DNA of 53,015 nucleotides from positions 1 to 53,015 of the IMG/VR virus record IMGVR_UViG_3300040806_000113. One strand, written 5' to 3'. This document shows positions 46,830-53,015 of the stretch, piece by piece. The number at the start of each line of letters is the position of its first letter. Position 1 is the stretch's first letter. The DNA comes from a virus (taxonomy: Duplodnaviria; Caudoviricetes). A program made the position numbers and the translations under genes. A model generated the notes under the pieces. The model was not told the DNA's origin, searched no databases, and saw only the letters and a list, made by a program, of their open reading frames with translations.

Positions 46830-49800
46830 TTAGGACTCAAGTGCGGCTATACGAGCCTCTAGTGCTTCTATTCTTGCTGTTAATGCTGTGATTGTTTCTT
46901 GCTGTTCTTGGATGGCTTTGATGCACAGCGACACCATATTGCCGTAAGCTAATGCGTCTGGTTCGCCATCATCGTTATACTGCACAAACTCTGTAAGTCC
47001 AGCATCGTGGACTTCTTCAGCAATAAAGCCGCCAAATGTAATGCCACTTTCAGATTCTTTTTTGCTCCTGTATATAACAGACCGCAGTTTTAGTACGTCG
47101 GCAAGACCGTGTTCAGCGTCTTGAACATCTGTTTTGTACTTCAAAGAAGATGTTGCTCTGTACAAGTTTCCCGAAGAGTCAACATACACATTAGCCGTTG
47201 CCGCACCAGTAACGCTGTATACCTCTAAGCAAAACAAGCCAGAACCATTCATCCGCATCCGTGGATTACCATCGCCATCCGACAGCACGATGTAGTTGCT
47301 GGCTGTGCGGATGTCTAGGCCGCCTTGATTGCCCGAATATGAGCCAAGGATGGTGTTTTTAGAACCTGTTGTTATAGCCGCACCAGAAGCACCATTTGGG
47401 CCAGAAGGCCCGATAAATGTGTTATAATTGCCAGTAGTATAATATCCGCTCTGCAAACCAATGAATGTATTCCCAATACCAGTAGTATTACTAAACCCCG
47501 CCTGATAACCCAGTGCCGTGTTGTAGCCAGCGGTGGTGCTGGAGTTTAAGGTTTGATGACCAATAGACGTATTGTACGAACCAGTTGTGTTTGTATACAA
47601 AGCACCATAACCAAGTGCGTTATTGTGAGCGCCAGTGGTAGTTAAATATAAAGATTCACTTCCAACGGCATTGTTGTAATTGGCTGTCGTATTTGAACGT
47701 AAAGCACCATTACCGATTGCAACAGTTTTGGCTCCAGCAGTATTACTGCGCCCAGCCTCAAAACCCACAGCCGTGTTCCAGGATGCGGTGGTGTTGTTAA
47801 AAAGTGAATAAGAACCAAGTGCTGTATTGCCAATCCCCGATGTATTGGCGCCTAGTGCTTCTACGCCAAATGCCGCATTGTAATACCCAGAAGTATTACT
47901 ATCCAGCACCAATGCCCCGACACCAGTGTTAGCGGCAGATATATTATTAACACCTGTCCTATACCCCATAAACGTGTTGTAGTCTGAAGCCGTTGTTCCG
48001 CTATATCCAGCTTCGTACCCGACAGCGGTGCTGTAGTTGGCGGTGGTGTTGGCGTAGAGTGCATAACTACCATAAGAAGTATTGTATGCACCTGTAGTAT
48101 TTAACCTTGAAGCAAGATAACCCATTGCGGTGTTATCAACACCAGTTGTGTTAGCGTCTAACGAAAGATAGCCTAGTGCGTTGTTTCTTGTTCCTGTTGT
48201 ATTTGATTGCAAAGCAGCATAACCCACAGCAGTGTTGTTATTAGCGGTGGTGTTGGCTGTTAATGCACTATGACCAATAGCAGTGTTGTTAGCACCTGTA
48301 GTATTTGACTTTAACGAGTTGTAACCTAGCGCAGAATTATTATAACCAGTTGTGTTTAGCTGACCAGATGTAAAACCAATGTGAGCGTTCTGTTCGCCAG
48401 TCGTATTACTATACCCAGCCTGATAACCCACTGCTGTGTTGCCAGATGCGGTGGTGTTTTGATTTAAAGCTTGCATACCTACAGCAGTGTTATAGCTGCC
48501 TGTAGTCGATGAAAATAAAGCACCTTCGCCAACTGATGTAATATTTATACCTATTGTATTGCTATACAAATTAGCTTTACCCACAGCAACATTTGCTGAC
48601 CCAGTGGTATTACTATACCCAGCCTGATACCCAACGGCAGTGTTGTTGCTTGCGGTGGTGTTGGATAAAAGTGCAGAACCTCCAACTGCTATATTATTAA
48701 GTCCTGTGGTGTTATCTCTTAATGTAGATACTCCAACAGCCACATTTTCGTAACCTGTAGTATTATTAGCCAAAGAACCCCAACCAACTGAAGTCAATGA
48801 GAAACCTGTTGTGTTATCAAGAAGCGACTGATAGCCGATTGAGGTATTGTTTGCACCCGTAGTATTACTATAAGCCGCCTGATACCCCACCGCAGTGTTG
48901 TTAGCTGCAGTGGTGTTGTTTCTTAATGCAGCACTGCCTACCGCCACATTGTAATTACCAGTGGTGTTGTATTGCAGTGTTGAACCAGAGCCATACCCGC
49001 CACCTATCGCGGTGTTTTCTGTGCCAGTTGTATTAGAGTATAAAACAAAATAACCAAGAGCAGTGTTGCCATTGCCCGTAGTGTTTGAATATAAGGATTG
49101 AGTACCAATTGCGGTTGCACCTTCGCCAGTAGTATTGCTATACCCAGCCTCATAACCCACTGCTGTGTTGTTGTCGGCGGTGGTGTTGGAGAGCAGTGCA
49201 CCAGTTCCCATTGCTGTGTTGTATGACCCAGTTGTGTTTGTGTACAATGCTGGTATGGTTTCAGAGCCACCAAATGCGCTGTTACCTTGCCCTGTAGTGT
49301 TCAAACCTAACACATAATCACCAAAGGCACTATTATTAACACCAGTTGTATTATTTTGTGCGGCTCTGTTACCAACAGCGGTATTGCCAACAGCGGTATT
49401 TGCATACAGAGCCTGATACCCCACAGCAGTGTTGTTGCTTGCGGTGTTCGCTGTAAGTGCATCTGCACCAATCGCTGTATTTGACGCACCAGACACATTG
49501 CTGTCCAGCGCAGTATCACCCAACGCCACATTGTTTGTGCCAACAGGATAGTTACCATCCAGCTTAATTGTGCCGCCGTCTACACTGACATTGCCAGCTA
49601 CTGTGAGGCCGTCTGTGACTGCTGTGCCTGTTACGTCAATGCCTGTGGCGGTGGTTTCTAGTTTGTTAGAACCACCATAAAATAAAATTGCTGGCCCGCT
49701 TTCTTCTAAATATAGATAATTTTCTGTTCCTGCTACATTTTGAATGCGGACCTGATTGCTAGCTCTAATGTTTAAATCGCCAGTACCAGTATCATCAATG

Positions 49801-50279
49801 TAGCTGTTATTCCCATCATGGTAAATCTGCAAGTCAGACCCAGCACCAAAGATAGCCTTGTCGTTGTCGCCGAAGGTCAGGTCAGTTGAAGACAACGCAA
49901 CGACCCCTGTACCGTCTGGTGCAAGGGTGATGTTACCGTTTGTGTCGGTGCTTGAGATGGTGTTACCGTCTACACTGATGTTACCGATGTATGCAGCCCC
50001 GTCGAGATACATATCCTTGAACTGCAAGGCAGCGGTTCCAATATCCAACGTGTTCGTGGTCTTCGGCTTGATTTCTGTGGCACTTGCAATGAAATCTTGA
50101 ACCGGACCAAGCACGGTAATCGGCGCACCTTCTGCTGCCGTGCCATCGTGGGTGTGGCCCGTTGATTCGTTAAACGCAGATTCTACCGCATCGAACTCAC
50201 CGTCGAGGTCCGAAGCGTTGATGATGTTGCCATCTGCAATGTTATTACCTGTGTCGTTTCGTGTGTAACCTTGTCCCAT
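46830..50279 (-). CDS. Long tail fibre with ~14-aa NTT(G/A)xxNTAVGxxAL repeats and C-terminal intramolecular chaperone (peptidase S74-like)
   Basis: N-terminal anchor 'IADGNIINASDLDGEF'; dozens of repeats; 'SSLKYKTDV...GFIAEEV...IKAIQE' followed by a coiled coil. Confidence 0.85.
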   Translation of the reverse strand: MGQGYTRNDTGNNIADGNIINASDLDGEFDAVESAFNESTGHTHDGTAAEGAPITVLGPVQDFIASATEIKPKTTNTLDIGTAALQFKDMYLDGAAYIGNISVDGNTISSTDTNGNITLAPDGTGVVALSSTDLTFGDNDKAIFGAGSDLQIYHDGNNSYIDDTGTGDLNIRASNQVRIQNVAGTENYLYLEESGPAILFYGGSNKLETTATGIDVTGTAVTDGLTVAGNVSVDGGTIKLDGNYPVGTNNVALGDTALDSNVSGASNTAIGADALTANTASNNTAVGYQALYANTAVGNTAVGNRAAQNNTTGVNNSAFGDYVLGLNTTGQGNSAFGGSETIPALYTNTTGSYNTAMGTGALLSNTTADNNTAVGYEAGYSNTTGEGATAIGTQSLYSNTTGNGNTALGYFVLYSNTTGTENTAIGGGYGSGSTLQYNTTGNYNVAVGSAALRNNTTAANNTAVGYQAAYSNTTGANNTSIGYQSLLDNTTGFSLTSVGWGSLANNTTGYENVAVGVSTLRDNTTGLNNIAVGGSALLSNTTASNNTAVGYQAGYSNTTGSANVAVGKANLYSNTIGINITSVGEGALFSSTTGSYNTAVGMQALNQNTTASGNTAVGYQAGYSNTTGEQNAHIGFTSGQLNTTGYNNSALGYNSLKSNTTGANNTAIGHSALTANTTANNNTAVGYAALQSNTTGTRNNALGYLSLDANTTGVDNTAMGYLASRLNTTGAYNTSYGSYALYANTTANYSTAVGYEAGYSGTTASDYNTFMGYRTGVNNISAANTGVGALVLDSNTSGYYNAAFGVEALGANTSGIGNTALGSYSLFNNTTASWNTAVGFEAGRSNTAGAKTVAIGNGALRSNTTANYNNAVGSESLYLTTTGAHNNALGYGALYTNTTGSYNTSIGHQTLNSSTTAGYNTALGYQAGFSNTTGIGNTFIGLQSGYYTTGNYNTFIGPSGPNGASGAAITTGSKNTILGSYSGNQGGLDIRTASNYIVLSDGDGNPRMRMNGSGLFCLEVYSVTGAATANVYVDSSGNLYRATSSLKYKTDVQDAEHGLADVLKLRSVIYRSKKESESGITFGGFIAEEVHDAGLTEFVQYNDDGEPDALAYGNMVSLCIKAIQEQQETITALTARIEALEARIAALES

Positions 50280-50294
50280 AGTGGTATCCTTCTA

Positions 50295-52463
50295 TTACCT
50301 ACGCCCGTAAGTGCCGTATTCGAGCGTTAGAGCATCTAAAGAGTGTGGTGGGTTTGTTGAATTGGTTCGGAACTGTATCGAAACAACATACCCAGAGCCT
50401 ACTGTTTGGTTTTCAAAGAGGCGTTGTATCGTTCCGCCGTATGAGCCTGTTCCAAAAATGGAAGTTCCGTAAAAGGCCGGGGCAGTAGCCCCCGACGTGT
50501 TGTTAAATGAAAATGGGTTTGGTTGAATAATCCCAGCTTCGTCAAAATCAAATAATAGGTTTACTTCTGATGAGTAACTTCCCTGCGGGTCTGTGTACAA
50601 GAACATTTTGTAGATTGTCTTGCGAATGCGGGGGTCGTTGATTGGGATGTAAGGAGTGGCAAATGTCGAGTAGATGTCGCTCTCATCCAAGCTGTTCCCC
50701 GATTCCATCTGATAAACGTATCCGGTTGTGTTCGCGAACACGATGGTTTCAATTCCTTCGTAGAGATTGCTACTGGCAACGTACGCCTTGAATCCCCGCA
50801 ACTCTGCCCAGTTGATTCCCTGCTCCACCTGCGAACCGATGATACCCTGTGATGCGTCTGCCGAAAAGTTCGTGTTGTACCCAAACAGCCTGTACTGGCT
50901 CTTCGGTCTGATTACCACGCTACTAAACGAGGTGTTACGGTTCACAAAGTTGGTTACGTCATCTTGTATCGGCTTCGATACAACGGCAAGGTTGAAGTCC
51001 CCTACCCTGTCGGTTGCAGACAAACTTCGTATTCCGTCTGGTCCCAAGTAAAGTACGTCCCCGCCAATCTCTTGAATTGTGTCGGTTTTGGTACAGCCGG
51101 TATCCAGAGTAATAGGCTGAAGCTGGAAATCTCCAATCGTATTGCCTACCAGTCGCTTGATAGACCTCTCACTAAATATTATAAGCTGTTCTCTGAAAAT
51201 AATCAAGCCCGTAATTGCACTTCCGACATTTATTGTTCCTGCGCCACTTGCTGCAGAGAAGTCGTCGAAGGTATAAGGGGCTGTAAACAGCAGGTTCGAA
51301 CCCTTTGCAAAGAAAAGCTGGTTCTTGAAGTTTGCTACGTGGCCTGCGCCGTTACCGTCCGTAGGAATACTGTCGAGGGCGGTAAAGAACGTTCCGTCGT
51401 ACACAAATGGTACGTTGGCCCCATCGACCCCTACCATGTAGTCGGTTCCGCTGTAGTTGAAGTTCACGAACCGGTGTTTGTCCATGCCGGTGCGGTCTAC
51501 AGAAAGGAACGTCAAGGCTGCGTTATTTGCAGGGCTGCTGTTCAGGGCAGGGTCGATAGCAAAGGTTGCAGAGCCACTGGTAACCGTTGGGGTAGCTGTC
51601 AAGGTGTAGATTAGGTCTACGCCTGCAATCGTAAAGGTGTCGCCGACCTGTGGTGTTCCTGTGATGCCATCTACGACCAAGCTAGTACCGGTTTGCGAAC
51701 CGCCGTCTACCAAGACAGTACCATAGTTGGGTGTGTTTACCTTTGTCCACCCCGAACCCGTTGATTTAAACAGGTCCGAACCCCGTGCTGCAATCACTGC
51801 GCTTTCGAAGGTGTGTACCCCTTGAATGATTCCAGAGCCAGATACAAAGGTTAGGGCATCTTGGTCTGACGGGTTGACAACCATCGTTTGGTCTAGGGTC
51901 AAGGTAGCCCGTTTGTTCACAGAACTAAAAGAGACACCGCCAGATGCAATCGTGTAGCGGAACGACAGAACGGCATCATCTGCAGGTGCTACTGTGATTG
52001 CCGGAGTGATGGTCAGGGTAGATGCCGTACCTACGAGAGCGGTTGCGGCACTCACTGTGTAGACTGTGGTATCCCCAGCAATAGTAAATGTGTCGTTTGC
52101 AGATGGAGCAACATCCAAGCCATCTACGTCGAGGCTCGTTCCTGTCTGTGCCGCGCCATCTACAGCCCCGCCAGCAAGAGAAAACACGTCGGTTGCGGCA
52201 GGTTCGGTGTAGATGTTGCCGACAATCAGGGTTGTGCCGCTCTGTCCGTTGCCGTGAACCAGTGGCGCACCGTACGGGGGAACGATGTCTGGGTCGTACT
52301 TATCGTAGCCTTGAATCGAACGATAACCACCCTCGATAGATGGTTCGTAATTACGAAGGATACGAGCCGACCCCGGAGCATTGATACCATGCTGCAACGG
52401 AGACATGTTCGTAATGAGGCCACCTTTAAATTCGATGGCGTATGTTTGCCAACGGTCAGGCAT
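50295..52463 (-). CDS. Tail tubular protein B / nozzle with inserted repeated beta domains
   Basis: 722 aa after the adaptor; 'NYEPSIEGGY', 'TIQEIGGDVLYLGPDGIRSL'. Confidence 0.75.
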   Translation of the reverse strand: MPDRWQTYAIEFKGGLITNMSPLQHGINAPGSARILRNYEPSIEGGYRSIQGYDKYDPDIVPPYGAPLVHGNGQSGTTLIVGNIYTEPAATDVFSLAGGAVDGAAQTGTSLDVDGLDVAPSANDTFTIAGDTTVYTVSAATALVGTASTLTITPAITVAPADDAVLSFRYTIASGGVSFSSVNKRATLTLDQTMVVNPSDQDALTFVSGSGIIQGVHTFESAVIAARGSDLFKSTGSGWTKVNTPNYGTVLVDGGSQTGTSLVVDGITGTPQVGDTFTIAGVDLIYTLTATPTVTSGSATFAIDPALNSSPANNAALTFLSVDRTGMDKHRFVNFNYSGTDYMVGVDGANVPFVYDGTFFTALDSIPTDGNGAGHVANFKNQLFFAKGSNLLFTAPYTFDDFSAASGAGTINVGSAITGLIIFREQLIIFSERSIKRLVGNTIGDFQLQPITLDTGCTKTDTIQEIGGDVLYLGPDGIRSLSATDRVGDFNLAVVSKPIQDDVTNFVNRNTSFSSVVIRPKSQYRLFGYNTNFSADASQGIIGSQVEQGINWAELRGFKAYVASSNLYEGIETIVFANTTGYVYQMESGNSLDESDIYSTFATPYIPINDPRIRKTIYKMFLYTDPQGSYSSEVNLLFDFDEAGIIQPNPFSFNNTSGATAPAFYGTSIFGTGSYGGTIQRLFENQTVGSGYVVSIQFRTNSTNPPHSLDALTLEYGTYGRR

Positions 52464-53015
52464 GGGCTTACGATGCCCTCATGTAAATGTTTTCGTTGAC
52501 CGTTACTGTTCTCATCTGTTTGATACCCTCGTCGAACTTGCGTTGTGAAACCGATGCCATCTCTAGGTTGTCGCGGAACATGTAGGCATAGTACATAGCA
52601 CCATCGATGATTACGTGACGAAACCGCTCTGGAATTGTTGGGACATCCGTATTGAGGATGAGGTCAACAGGGTCCATGAAGTATTCGAAGTCTACCTGAT
52701 AGGCTTTGTCTGGCATGGGAACCACGCCCCACTCACCGTTTTGGGTACGGAACACACGCTCTGGAACCGCGCCTAGAGCCGTGTTGGTTTCGTCCTCTTG
52801 GTCGATGAACCGGTCCACGTACTCGTCATAGCTAATCTGAGTCAGGTGTTCGGCCCTGCCTAAACCTAGAGTTGTATCCCTGCGAACCCGATATGTATCA
52901 AAATCAACGTACTTTGCTTGAGACGGAATAGGGTATCTGGTAACCCCTGCAGTTAAAGTTTGCTGATATGTGTTGTGATTGAAGGGCCAGCCAAAGTGTG
53001 CCTGATTGATATGGC
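52274..53015. repeat. Terminal direct repeat, copy 2 (nozzle 5' end and truncated adaptor gene)
   Basis: Matches 1-742. Confidence 0.95.

Noticed and set aside
46830-50279. Diversity-generating retroelement target
   Set aside because: No reverse transcriptase and no TR/VR pair with adenine-specific differences seen
52274-53015. Physical direct terminal repeat of the virion DNA
   Set aside because: It cuts through two genes and the copies are polymorphic; better explained as a circular assembly overlap
1-53015. tRNA genes, phage RNA polymerase, alternative genetic code, introns/inteins
   Set aside because: None recognised by eye; core genes read through intact in the standard code at normal lengths (a tRNAscan run would be needed to exclude tRNAs)

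Overview
Apparently complete ~52.3 kb tailed-phage (podovirus-type) genome assembled as a circle: bases 1-742 recur at 52274-53015 with about 14 synonymous differences. Gene content points to an HMO-2011-type/Zobellviridae-like marine phage, probably of an alphaproteobacterium: family A DNA polymerase with a DnaJ-type CxxCxGxG insert, class II B12-dependent RNR, MazG, T7 gp3-like endonuclease, no RNA polymerase and sigma70-type promoters. There are three blocks: small early genes (20158-26580, minus), replication/nucleotide metabolism (26706-37217, plus), and packaging/structure/lysis (19429 down to 1, continuing 53015 down to 37214, minus). The most unusual observations are: (1) a 687-aa tyrosine-recombinase-domain protein with a degenerate active site placed between terminase and portal; (2) genome-wide saturation with GCGAAC/GTTCGC, including nine GTTCGCGAAC palindromes; (3) a 21-bp TTTAGCGTGG-N4-TTTGTCA repeat array with an outlying copy on the replication-operon promoter; (4) a tandem covarying RNA hairpin before the scaffold gene; (5) a promoter-to-terminator ~110-nt ORF-less transcript; (6) small basic late proteins sharing AxGG/YAYG/GRKA motifs with a protein carrying a duplicated lambda gpH-C-terminus-like domain; (7) a DNA polymerase split into two ORFs. 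All calls come from reading motifs by eye; no searches were run and counts are manual.
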